Positions 46,775 to 55,946 of a stretch of DNA of 64,000 nt are shown here, in pieces. Source of the stretch: Alphaproteobacteria bacterium (GTDB lineage: Bacteria; Pseudomonadota; Alphaproteobacteria; Micavibrionales; Micavibrionaceae); assembly GCA_021775965.1 (NCBI GenBank), contig JAJFGV010000008.1, forward strand, positions 4,662-68,661, in the 5' to 3' direction. The notes beneath the pieces are model-generated. The model was given only the letters and a program-made list of their open reading frames with translations. It was not told the origin of the DNA and did no database searches. Position numbers and translations under genes: made by a program. The stretch's first letter is position 1; each line of letters opens with the position of its first letter.

Positions 46775-47674
46775 TTGTCTGAAGAAACGTCTTGTGGGTT
46801 TGTAAGTGTACTCGGTTTGCCCAATGCTGGGAAATCGACTTTGATTAACGCGCTGGTTGGCGCCAAGGTTTCTATCGTTTCCCGAAAAGTTCAAACCACG
46901 CGTAGCCGCGTTTTGGGAATTCTTATTCATGACAAAGCGCAAATTGTTCTGATCGATACGCCCGGAATTTTTGAGCCTAAAAAGACGTTGGAAAAAGCAA
47001 TGGTCACGGCTGCCTGGGGAAGCGTTAAAGATGCCGATATTATTTTTCATCTGGTTGATGCCAGTCAGAAAAATACAGCAGCGCAAAACCAGATTATCAT
47101 TGATGGCCTACAAAACTCTAAAAACTGTATCCTGGTTTTGAACAAAACAGACAGGGTTGCCAAGCCTGATTTGCTGGCGCTTGCGCAGGGTTTAAACGAA
47201 AAACTCCCTTATCTGGCAACGTTTATGATTTCGGCTTTGAAAGGCGATGGCCTTTCGGATCTATTGCAGGATACGGCTTTGCGAATGAAAAAGAGTCCAT
47301 GGATGTTTCCTGAAGATCAGATAACCGATATACCGATGCGGATGCTCGCCGCTGAGATCACACGCGAGAAACTTTTTGATCAGCTGCATCAGGAACTTCC
47401 ATATGCGGTGATGGTCGAAACAGAGAACTGGGAAAAATTTGATAACGGCAGCATAAAAATTGATCAGGTTGTCTACGTTCAAAAAGATAACCAAAAAGGA
47501 ATTGTTCTTGGTAAGGGCGGCTCGCGCATTAAAAAAATCGGACAGGATGCGCGATTGGAACTTGAAGAGATGATGGGCGAGCGCGTTCACCTCAAACTCT
47601 TTGTAAAGGTCAAAGAAAACTGGACCGAGAATGCAGAGAGTTATCAAATGATGGGACTTGATTTGCCAAAATAA
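46775..47674 (+). CDS. era: GTPase Era
   Basis: TTG start. GLPNAGKSTL G1 motif, DTPG, NKTD, C-terminal KH domain. Confidence 0.93.
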   Translation: MSEETSCGFVSVLGLPNAGKSTLINALVGAKVSIVSRKVQTTRSRVLGILIHDKAQIVLIDTPGIFEPKKTLEKAMVTAAWGSVKDADIIFHLVDASQKNTAAQNQIIIDGLQNSKNCILVLNKTDRVAKPDLLALAQGLNEKLPYLATFMISALKGDGLSDLLQDTALRMKKSPWMFPEDQITDIPMRMLAAEITREKLFDQLHQELPYAVMVETENWEKFDNGSIKIDQVVYVQKDNQKGIVLGKGGSRIKKIGQDARLELEEMMGERVHLKLFVKVKENWTENAESYQMMGLDLPK

Positions 47675-47699
47675 AAAGCGGGTATGGGCGGCCCCTTTT

Positions 47700-47708
47700 T
47701 GTGGATAA
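47700..47708 (-). promoter_or_regulatory. consensus DnaA box (TTATCCACA on the minus strand) upstream of gcrA
   Basis: The plus strand reads TGTGGATAA, an exact 9/9 match to the DnaA-box consensus, ~134 bp upstream of the gcrA ATG. Confidence 0.45.
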
Positions 47709-47841
47709 AGAATTTTTTTTAACGTGGGGGCTTGGCATTCTTATCATCATGCTGTTAGAGTATGGGCTTCTACACCATAGCGGTTATTTAATGTTCAAAA
47801 TCAGGTTTTAAACCTGAGGGAATTTTGTGAGGATTAATAGA

Positions 47842-48354
47842 ATGAGTTGGACTGACGAGCGGGTAGCACTACTGACAAAATTATGGAGCGAAGGCAAAAC
47901 GGCTGCGGAAATCGCATCGGCTCTTGGGGGGGTTACCCGTAACGCAGTTATTGGAAAAGCCCATCGCCTTAAACTCTCCAATCGGGTTTCACCCATTCAA
48001 CAGAACAAGAAACCGGTCGCGCCGCCGCCAAGCGCTCCGAGTAAAGTTGAACGTAAATCCGCTCCGGTTCCTATTGCTACAAATAACGATGGTACAGGGA
48101 TTAAGCTGACAGAGCTGGAATCACAGATGTGTCGCTGGCCTTATGGTGACCCCAGGGATGATGATTTTGGCTTCTGTGGTGCCGAGAAAATGAACGGTGT
48201 GCCTTATTGTGAAGAACACGCCAAAATGGCTTATCAGGCCGCTAGCCGTAATCGCATCCTCAAGGCCAAGGAATTTGAAGAAAAACAGGATAAGGAAGCC
48301 GATTCAAACGAAGATCAGGCTCAGGAAGAAGTGAAAGCCGCTGTAAGCGCCTAG
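47842..48354 (+). CDS. gcrA: cell-cycle regulator GcrA
   Basis: MSWTDERVALLTKLWSEGKTAAEIASALGGVTRNAVIGKAHRL and the C-terminal CRWPYGDP...FCG...YCEEH region. Confidence 0.93.
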   Translation: MSWTDERVALLTKLWSEGKTAAEIASALGGVTRNAVIGKAHRLKLSNRVSPIQQNKKPVAPPPSAPSKVERKSAPVPIATNNDGTGIKLTELESQMCRWPYGDPRDDDFGFCGAEKMNGVPYCEEHAKMAYQAASRNRILKAKEFEEKQDKEADSNEDQAQEEVKAAVSA

Positions 48355-48381
48355 TTTTCTCTCCATAAACATTTTATTTAA

Positions 48382-48405
48382 AGCCGCCCTTTTGGCGGCT
48401 TTTTT
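48382..48405 (+). terminator. rho-independent terminator after gcrA
   Basis: AGCCGCC / GGCGGCT stem, CTTTT loop, TTTTT tail. Confidence 0.75.
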
Positions 48406-48467
48406 ATTTCTTGATAACCATGTAAGATGCCCCAAATTATTGGTTTAAGAGAAAGATCTTATAGAAT

Positions 48468-49553
48468 ATGAAATCTTCAAAGATAATCGCCGTTGTTATT
48501 GCCATCGTAGCCTTGGCCTGGATTTTGTCGGGAGTGCTGTTCTCCGGCCCGGAGGAAGCGCCTGCGCAAAAAGTAGCCATGAAAAAGGATACGGCTCCAA
48601 AAACCATGGAAGTGCGCGTCAGGCACCTAACAGCGGAACCCTTCACCAATGATGTGATTGTGACGGGTCGCAGCCGCGCCTCACGTACAGTGGAGATCAA
48701 GGCCGAAACTGACGGACAGATATCAGAGCTGTTAAAAGAAAAAGGTCATCAGGTCGAAGACAAGGAAACGCTTGCCCGGCTTGAATTGCGCGATCGCTCG
48801 GCCAAGGTCAAGGAAGGAAAGCAACGCCTGTCACAAAGGCAGATAGAATATAACGCTGCCAAGAAGCTGGCCAATAAGGGTTTTAATTCCAAAGTACGAC
48901 TGGCGCAGGCGCAGGCAGATTTGGAAACGGCACGGTCCGAATTAAAAAATTCCGAAGTGTCACTGGGCAAAACAAAGATCATTTCACCGTTTGAAGGTGT
49001 GATCTATGAGCAGGTCATAGAGATCGGTGATTTTGTCTCTGTTGGCGATCCGTTGTTTACAGTGGTTGATCTTGATCCGATCGAATTGGTGGCTTTTGTG
49101 TCCGAGCGCAATATTGCCGAGATTACGCTGGGACAGAAGGCGAGAGCCGAATTCCTCGATGGGCAGGTTCTTGAAGGCGAGGTCAGTTATATTGCACCAG
49201 CCGCTGATTCAAATACCAGAACGTTCCGTGTCGAAATTTCAGGTGACAATGTTGATTTTACAATTAAAGAAGGCATGACAGCCAATATGTTTATGCCGGT
49301 GGCGGAAAAACAGGCGCATAAAATTTCGCCGTCGGTTTTGTCCTTGAATGATGTTGGTCAGGTCGGCGTTAAAATCGTTAATGACAAAAACGAAGTTGTC
49401 TTTGCGCCTGTTGCTATTCTTGCCGATACGCCCGAGCATATGTGGGTTGGTGGTCTGCCGGATAAAGTCCGTCTGATTACGGTCGGGCAAGATTTCGTAT
49501 CCGGCGGTCAAGTTGTTAAACCAGTTAAGGCCGAAGGAGATGGCCTGCTATGA
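48468..49553 (+). CDS. RND efflux periplasmic adaptor (HlyD/MFP family)
   Basis: N-terminal TM/signal anchor, coiled-coil hairpin region, beta-barrel motifs. ATGA overlap with the RND pump gene. Confidence 0.88.
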   Translation: MKSSKIIAVVIAIVALAWILSGVLFSGPEEAPAQKVAMKKDTAPKTMEVRVRHLTAEPFTNDVIVTGRSRASRTVEIKAETDGQISELLKEKGHQVEDKETLARLELRDRSAKVKEGKQRLSQRQIEYNAAKKLANKGFNSKVRLAQAQADLETARSELKNSEVSLGKTKIISPFEGVIYEQVIEIGDFVSVGDPLFTVVDLDPIELVAFVSERNIAEITLGQKARAEFLDGQVLEGEVSYIAPAADSNTRTFRVEISGDNVDFTIKEGMTANMFMPVAEKQAHKISPSVLSLNDVGQVGVKIVNDKNEVVFAPVAILADTPEHMWVGGLPDKVRLITVGQDFVSGGQVVKPVKAEGDGLL

Positions 49554-52500
49554 CCGGTGCGGTGATCCATGCGGCCATTCATCACAGCCGGACGGTTTTA
49601 TCTATTCTCGTTCTTTTGCTCATCGCCGGGGCATATTCTTATATTGCGATCCCGAAAGAATCCTCGCCCGATATCGATATTCCACAAATTTATATCAATA
49701 TGAATCTGGAAGGTGTGTCCCCCGGTGATGCTGAACGTCTTTTGCTGCGGCCGATGGAGCAGGAGCTCACCGCCATCGAAGGTGTCAAGGAGATGAAGTC
49801 CACGGCCTTTCAGGGCGGCGGCTTTGTATTGCTCGAGTTTCAGGCCGGGTTTGATAAAGATCAGGCACTGGACGATGTACAAAAGGCCGTGGATCAGGTG
49901 CGCCCCGATCTGCCCGATGATGTTGATGAGCCCAATGTTACGGAAGTAAATTTCAGCCTGTTCCCTGTTCTCGTCGTTACCTTGTCGGGAAATGTGCCCG
50001 AGCGGACCTTATTAAGGCTCGCACGTGGTTTGCAGGATAAAATCGAGGCGGTGGGCTCGGTATTGGAGGCTGGTATTGCTGGCGACCGCGAGGAGCTGGT
50101 TGAAATTCTGGTCAAGCCGGAGCTGATGGAGAGCTACGGACTGAACGGCACTGATATTTTGACGTTCTTTAATCTGTCTAACCGTCTGGTTGCGGCTGGC
50201 AAGCTTGATACCGGCGCTGGCGCTTTTGCTATCGAAGTGCCGGGCTTGTTTGAAAGTGTCTATGACGTGATGAATATGCCGCTGCGTACCAGTGGCGATT
50301 CCTCAATCAAGGTTAGCGACATTGCCGAGATCCGGCGCACCTTTAAAGACGCCACAAGTTTTGCTCGCTTAAACGGCGAGCGCGCCATCGCGCTGGAGGT
50401 TGTCAAACGTTCCGGTGAGAATATTATCGATACGATCGCGGCGGTGCGTGCAACGGTGGAGGTGGAGCGTAAGTTTTGGCCCGAAGGTGTTGTGGTTTCC
50501 TACACGCAGGATGAATCGGAGAGTATCAAAACCATGCTGCTCGACCTGCAGAACAATGTCATCAGTGCGATTTTACTGGTGATGATTGTTGTGGTGTTTG
50601 CGCTTGGTGTGCGCTCGGCGGCGCTGGTGGGGATTGCGATCCCCGGCGCTTTCCTGACAGGCATACTTTTTCTATTCGCCGTCGGTTTCACGGTCAATAT
50701 CGTTGTGCTGTTTGCGCTGATCCTGTCCGTTGGCATGTTGGTCGATGGTGCGATTGTTGTCACCGAGTTTGCAGACCGGAAAATGGCCGAAGGTCTGCCG
50801 AGGGCCGAAGCCTACGGCGCAGCGGCAACGCGGATGAGCTGGCCGATTATTGCATCAACCGCGACGACGCTGGCGGCGTTTGCCCCGCTGCTCTTCTGGC
50901 CGGATATTGTTGGCGAGTTCATGAAATATATGCCGATTACGTTGATTGCGGTTCTCGCGGCGTCATTGCTCATGGCGCTGATCTTTGTGCCAACATTGGG
51001 TGCGATCTTTGGCAAAGCCGGAGCGGCGGGCGATCCGAAAATGATGGCGATGCTGAGCGCATCGGAAAACGGTGATCTCAAAACCATCAAAGGCTTTACG
51101 GGTTTCTATCTATGGCTTCTCGAGAAGGCTTTGAAATTTCCCGGTACAATTCTGCTTATCGCTGTTGCCTTGCTGATCGGCGTACAATTCTCCTACGCTA
51201 AATTCGGCAAAGGTGTCGAGTTCTTCCCTGATATCGAACCGGAATTTGCCTCCGTTCTCGTTCATGCGCGCGGCAATCTTTCAATTTATGAGCAGGATTA
51301 TCTGGTGCGCGAGGTTGAGGCACGTATTCTCGATACAAAAGGCATTGAAACTTTTTACACTCGCGCTGGCAAGCCGCCCCAAAAAGGCTCTAATCTGGCC
51401 GAGGATGTGATTGGGCAAATACAGGTTCAGTTCGAAGACTGGGGCGGGTCGCGGCCTTCAATTGATGAAATTCTTGATGATATCAGGATGCGTACCGATG
51501 ATTTGGCCGGGATTTCTGTTGAAGCACGCAAACAGGAAAGCGGGCCACCGACCGGTAAGGCTGTTCAGGTTCAACTCTCAACGCGCTTTCCTGAAAAACT
51601 GGGACCGGCGGTCAAACAGGTTCTGGAAATTTTTGAAGAGCTTGGCGGTTTCGTAGATATCGAAGATAGTCGGCCGTTGCCCGGTATTGAATGGCAGATG
51701 AATGTTGACCGTGCGCAGGCGGCCAAGTTCGGCATCGATATCACGACGATCGGTTATTACATTCGTATGGTCACAAATGGTTTGATCGTCGCAGAATACC
51801 GCCCCGATGACAGTGAAGATGAGATTGATATTGTCATCCGTCACGCGGCGGAACAACGCACGCTCGATCAACTTGACCGTGTGCGGATCGAAGGCAGTGG
51901 TGGCTCGGTGCCGATCAGCTCCTTTACCGAGCGCAAAGCAAAACCGGCCGTAGGCGTGATTAACCGCTCCAATCAAAAGCGCACCATCACCGTGCAGGCC
52001 GAATTGCCGCCCGGCATAAACACTGCTGCGAAAGTCGAACAGATCAAAGCCTGGCTGGCTGCCAACAAGGACAAGATTGATCCAGAGCTTGAAATCACTT
52101 TTAAGGGTGAAGATGAAAAGCAACGGGAGTCACAACAATTTCTGATGAAGGCGTTTGTCATCGCTTTGTTTATCATGGCGATTATTCTGGTCACTCAGTT
52201 CAACAGTTTTTATAGCGCGCTTCTTATTCTAAGCGCTGTCATCATGTCAACCATTGGCGTTATGATTGGCCTGATGGTTACCGGTCAGCCCTTTGGCATT
52301 ATCATGAGCGGGGTTGGCGTAATCGCGCTCGCCGGGATTATTGTGAACAACAATATCGTTCTGATCGACACCTTTGATCATCTGCGTCGTGAGTACAGCG
52401 ATAAAATGGATATACGCGAGATTATCCTGCGTACTGGGGCGCAACGTTTGCGGCCTGTGTTGCTCACGACAATTACAACCGTGGTCGGCTTGATGCCGAT

Positions 52501-52735
52501 GGTATTACAGATGAATATCGATTTTGCTTCACGTGAGGTCAGTATTGGTGCGCCCTCGACCCAATGGTGGGTGCAGCTTTCAACAGCCGTTGTTTTCGGG
52601 CTTAGCTTTTCAACCGTTTTAACATTGGTGGTTACACCGGCGGCTTTGATGTGGCGTGAAAATGTTGCTCATGTTTTTGTAAAGCTGAAGAATTTCAGAA
52701 GAAAAAGCCCTCAGGAAACTTTGGATACGCCCTAG
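49550..52735 (+). CDS. RND family efflux permease (AcrB/AcrD/AcrF type)
   Basis: 1061 aa, 12-TM architecture with two large periplasmic loops, conserved AcrB-family TM4 region. No outer-membrane factor gene follows. Confidence 0.92.
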   Translation: MTGAVIHAAIHHSRTVLSILVLLLIAGAYSYIAIPKESSPDIDIPQIYINMNLEGVSPGDAERLLLRPMEQELTAIEGVKEMKSTAFQGGGFVLLEFQAGFDKDQALDDVQKAVDQVRPDLPDDVDEPNVTEVNFSLFPVLVVTLSGNVPERTLLRLARGLQDKIEAVGSVLEAGIAGDREELVEILVKPELMESYGLNGTDILTFFNLSNRLVAAGKLDTGAGAFAIEVPGLFESVYDVMNMPLRTSGDSSIKVSDIAEIRRTFKDATSFARLNGERAIALEVVKRSGENIIDTIAAVRATVEVERKFWPEGVVVSYTQDESESIKTMLLDLQNNVISAILLVMIVVVFALGVRSAALVGIAIPGAFLTGILFLFAVGFTVNIVVLFALILSVGMLVDGAIVVTEFADRKMAEGLPRAEAYGAAATRMSWPIIASTATTLAAFAPLLFWPDIVGEFMKYMPITLIAVLAASLLMALIFVPTLGAIFGKAGAAGDPKMMAMLSASENGDLKTIKGFTGFYLWLLEKALKFPGTILLIAVALLIGVQFSYAKFGKGVEFFPDIEPEFASVLVHARGNLSIYEQDYLVREVEARILDTKGIETFYTRAGKPPQKGSNLAEDVIGQIQVQFEDWGGSRPSIDEILDDIRMRTDDLAGISVEARKQESGPPTGKAVQVQLSTRFPEKLGPAVKQVLEIFEELGGFVDIEDSRPLPGIEWQMNVDRAQAAKFGIDITTIGYYIRMVTNGLIVAEYRPDDSEDEIDIVIRHAAEQRTLDQLDRVRIEGSGGSVPISSFTERKAKPAVGVINRSNQKRTITVQAELPPGINTAAKVEQIKAWLAANKDKIDPELEITFKGEDEKQRESQQFLMKAFVIALFIMAIILVTQFNSFYSALLILSAVIMSTIGVMIGLMVTGQPFGIIMSGVGVIALAGIIVNNNIVLIDTFDHLRREYSDKMDIREIILRTGAQRLRPVLLTTITTVVGLMPMVLQMNIDFASREVSIGAPSTQWWVQLSTAVVFGLSFSTVLTLVVTPAALMWRENVAHVFVKLKNFRRKSPQETLDTP

Positions 52736-52915
52736 AAAAGCAGAACCAGGACCGTTTAAACCAACGTAATATTTTAAACTGTTTTATTTCAATGACTTAG
52801 AGTTATCTAACGCTTGAATTTTTCTAAAATTTTAAGTAAATTTTATTTTTTTTGGTACACTATAATAAGAGGGGAAATTTTTCTCCGGTTTGCGCGTGGA
52901 AAACGATTTAATATC

Positions 52916-54103
52916 ATGAGTAACAAGGGATTTTCATTAATAGAACTGGCGCTTGCGCTGATCGTGATCGGATTGCTGGTCACGCCCTTCATGCATGATT
53001 ACAATTTATACTCCAAGCGTAAAATTTCCGAGCAGACTGAATTATCTCAGCGTACCGTACTTCGAGCGATGAATGATTTTTTTGAGGCCAATGACCGTTT
53101 TCCGTGTCCGGCCAATTTGGCTCTTGATGAGGATGATCTTAATCATGGCGAGGAAAACTGTACGCTGCCCCCCGGCGCGCCGGCCCCTGGCGCATGTATT
53201 TTCGGTGGTGGTGTCTGCCGCGCTTCCGGGCGTGATGCTGATGGCGTCATTGGTCCCGATCCTATTTTAATCGGTGGTGTTCCCTATGCGACATTAAATA
53301 TTCCAGTAAACATGTCTCTGGATGGTTACAGAAGGAAGATGACTTATGCGGTCACAGAGACCATGACCGATGCTGCAACCTATAATGAATCATCCGGCGC
53401 CATTACCATTCAAGAGTGGGATGGTGATGACTTATCACCACCAATACCCGGTTCACCGCCAATACCCAATAGCCAGCCTTATCTTGTTGTTTCCCATGGC
53501 AGCAATGGTGTCGGGGCTTTTACGGCCAGCGGTAATCTTGTGCAGGCTTGCCCCAACCCGGCAGTTAGTGCAGAGGATGAAAATTGTGACAACGACAGCA
53601 CGTTCGAAACGCCGGGACTATATATAAATACCGCCGGTAGAGAAGTGGGAGCAAGATCACTGGCGGCAGGTGTTGATTATAACGACGACGAAGTCCTTTT
53701 TAATATATCTGGCGGCACTGGGCTTTGGGTTTATACGCCTGCCGATCCCGAGGATATTCACTTCAACAATGAAGGCAATGTTGGGATCAATCAGGATGAT
53801 CCACAAGAGAAACTCGATGTCGGCGGCAATATTAAGGCCGATACCGTTCATGCTATCACTTATTGTGATGATGCTGGAAATTGCTTTCCGCCCGAAATGA
53901 TTGGCGGCGACGGTATAAGATGTTCCAATGCCCCTAACGAGGCCATGACAGGTGTGGCCAACAGCAATTCACTTTGTAATATTGCGCTGCCCGCAGGCAG
54001 CGTTACCAACCCCGGAGGGGGGGCTGGCGATCCGCCATGCCCGGCCGGTTCGTTTGCGACTGGATTAAAAGGAGGAGTCATACAATGTACAGCAGCACCA
54101 TAA
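52916..54103 (+). CDS. large prepilin-type protein, paralogue 1 (395 aa; GspG/pseudopilin-like core plus Cys-rich C-terminal region)
   Basis: MSNKG|FSLIELALALIVIGLLV is the class III signal (G/F, Glu at +5). DGYRRKMTYAV resembles the pseudopilin D.WG..Y motif. 12 Cys. Confidence 0.8.
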   Translation: MSNKGFSLIELALALIVIGLLVTPFMHDYNLYSKRKISEQTELSQRTVLRAMNDFFEANDRFPCPANLALDEDDLNHGEENCTLPPGAPAPGACIFGGGVCRASGRDADGVIGPDPILIGGVPYATLNIPVNMSLDGYRRKMTYAVTETMTDAATYNESSGAITIQEWDGDDLSPPIPGSPPIPNSQPYLVVSHGSNGVGAFTASGNLVQACPNPAVSAEDENCDNDSTFETPGLYINTAGREVGARSLAAGVDYNDDEVLFNISGGTGLWVYTPADPEDIHFNNEGNVGINQDDPQEKLDVGGNIKADTVHAITYCDDAGNCFPPEMIGGDGIRCSNAPNEAMTGVANSNSLCNIALPAGSVTNPGGGAGDPPCPAGSFATGLKGGVIQCTAAP

Positions 54104-55932
54104 GAAATAATATGAAACGCAAGGCCCAGAGAGAAACCGGAAATTTGCTAAAATCGGCAGGTTATACATTGGTGGAATTGGCGGTTGTGGTGCTTGTTGT
54201 AGGGATTGTACTCGCTGCATTCTTTTCTTCTTACGAGATATATCTCAACAACCAAAAGGTTATTAAAACGGAATCCAATCTGTCGCATCTGACCGGTGCC
54301 ATTGGTAATTTCCGGGCGCAATATGGGCGCTACCCCTGTCCGGCATCGTTGATTTTGCCAAGGAACGATCCGCAATATGGGCGGGAGAGCCTTTGTACGG
54401 ACGATATAACTGTTGCGGTTGGAACCTGCGATGTTGGTGGTGGCGGCACGGGCTATTGTGTAGAGCAAAGCGCAGGAACAATTGATCATGATAATGATGG
54501 CGCAACAGGGATGCCGCCAACGCCTGAAATTAACCCGCGGGTACGGCGCGGTGCTTTACCGTTCAGGAATTTGAATCTTCCGGAGGAATATTCTTATGAT
54601 GGCTATGGCAACCGTGTGACTTACGTGGTGACAGAGCGCCTTGCCGTTGCCGATACCTTTCAGGTAAATCATGGCGGGATATCGATTGTTGATGATACGC
54701 CGGGGGAACAATCGCTTTTGGAGGTTGCTGATAAAGGACATTTCCTTATTTTTTCCCCTGGGGAAAATAATGCCGGGGCTTATAATAATAATGGCGTACT
54801 GGTTCAGGCCTGCCCCAACCCGGCCTTAAGTGCAGAAGGCGAAAACTGCAACATAAACGCTACAGATGCAAAATATGTGCAGACGGCTATGCGTACAACA
54901 AATGATAATACTCGTTTCGATGACCGGTTGTCTTTCTTTTCACAGGTTGAATTGTCGCTTTGGCAAAGAACGCCGGCCAACAGAAACCATATCGAACAAC
55001 GCCCCGATGGCTTTGTTGATTTTGGTGATTTTGCTGTTAAGGCGGCGGACGACATTACCGAAGTTCTCGGTGATGTAAAGGCAGAGGATAAAATACACAC
55101 GACGGATGGAATATGTGATTCGACAGGAACGCTAAGTTCTGCCGGCAAGTGCTTTGGACCTTCATTGATTGGCGGTACCGGCATGATGTGCCCGAATGGT
55201 GAGTATATGGTTGGTATTAAAGACGCCGCTCCAGATTGTGAACCTTTTGTCTCCGCTTCATGTCCAGAGGAGGGCGATTTTGTGACGGGCGTGAATGATG
55301 ACGGGACATTGATATGCAGTGGCAAAGGATGTGCATCCAAGAATCACAAATTTTGTGACGGCGTCATCGACCCGCTTCCTTCCGGGCCTGAAGGCGGCAC
55401 CACTACGGGTTCTGTTAGCGGTGTTGACTTTGTCTGTAAAAGTGAAAGATGGCGGCCAAGATCGTCCGCTGACGCCTGCTGTGTCCCTAGTACCAAGGTA
55501 CGGACAACAGAATGCCGTCCTGGTTTTGAAGGGGAAATAGTAAAAACAACGACAATAACATGTTTTCCGCGGACAAAGACGAAGGATACAGATGAAAGTG
55601 GCTGCAACTGCGTTGGTGGTCCGACAACCAAAGAGGTAAGTTGCCCGCCCGAAAAGCCGGCAGGAACCAAAATAATAGGGGGAACCTTTGAGTGTCCTGG
55701 TGGCGCGACGAAATGGGGAGATCCTGTCTTTGATGACTGCCATGTGCCGCCTGTTGTTTATTGTTCATGGCAACCCATTAATCAAACCGGGACGGTGCAG
55801 GCCAATAGTATGCCTGATCCGAAGGCCGGTTCCGGTTGTGCCTGCGGTGCGGCCAATAAATCATGTTTTACGGTTGGTATCCCCGGCAGTTCGTATGACA
55901 AACACAACTGCCGTTGCAGTGTAAATCAGTAA
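54085..55932 (+). CDS. large prepilin-type protein, paralogue 2 (615 aa; long leader, extra ~200-aa Cys-rich tail)
   Basis: AAGGAGGAG RBS 7 nt upstream of the ATG at 54085. Leader MYSSTIRNNMKRKAQRETGNLLKSAG|YTLVELAVVVLVVGIV. Shares the PCPA, DGYGN..TY and ACPNPA.SAE.ENC blocks with paralogue 1. Confidence 0.75.
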   Translation: MYSSTIRNNMKRKAQRETGNLLKSAGYTLVELAVVVLVVGIVLAAFFSSYEIYLNNQKVIKTESNLSHLTGAIGNFRAQYGRYPCPASLILPRNDPQYGRESLCTDDITVAVGTCDVGGGGTGYCVEQSAGTIDHDNDGATGMPPTPEINPRVRRGALPFRNLNLPEEYSYDGYGNRVTYVVTERLAVADTFQVNHGGISIVDDTPGEQSLLEVADKGHFLIFSPGENNAGAYNNNGVLVQACPNPALSAEGENCNINATDAKYVQTAMRTTNDNTRFDDRLSFFSQVELSLWQRTPANRNHIEQRPDGFVDFGDFAVKAADDITEVLGDVKAEDKIHTTDGICDSTGTLSSAGKCFGPSLIGGTGMMCPNGEYMVGIKDAAPDCEPFVSASCPEEGDFVTGVNDDGTLICSGKGCASKNHKFCDGVIDPLPSGPEGGTTTGSVSGVDFVCKSERWRPRSSADACCVPSTKVRTTECRPGFEGEIVKTTTITCFPRTKTKDTDESGCNCVGGPTTKEVSCPPEKPAGTKIIGGTFECPGGATKWGDPVFDDCHVPPVVYCSWQPINQTGTVQANSMPDPKAGSGCACGAANKSCFTVGIPGSSYDKHNCRCSVNQ

Positions 55933-55946
55933 AGTGAAAAGAGAAG

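Noticed and set aside
52736-52915. Sigma-54-type promoter (TGGTAC...) or clear sigma-70 promoter upstream of the prepilin-like cluster.
   Set aside because: The TGGTACACTATAATAA sequence lacks a GC at the -12 spacing. A TATAAT-like box is present, but I found no convincing -35, so no promoter call is made.
54804-55743. Several 100-180-aa minus-strand ORFs inside the second prepilin-like gene.
   Set aside because: They are antisense to a long ORF with a class III signal and blocks shared with its two paralogues. They are probably compositional artefacts.
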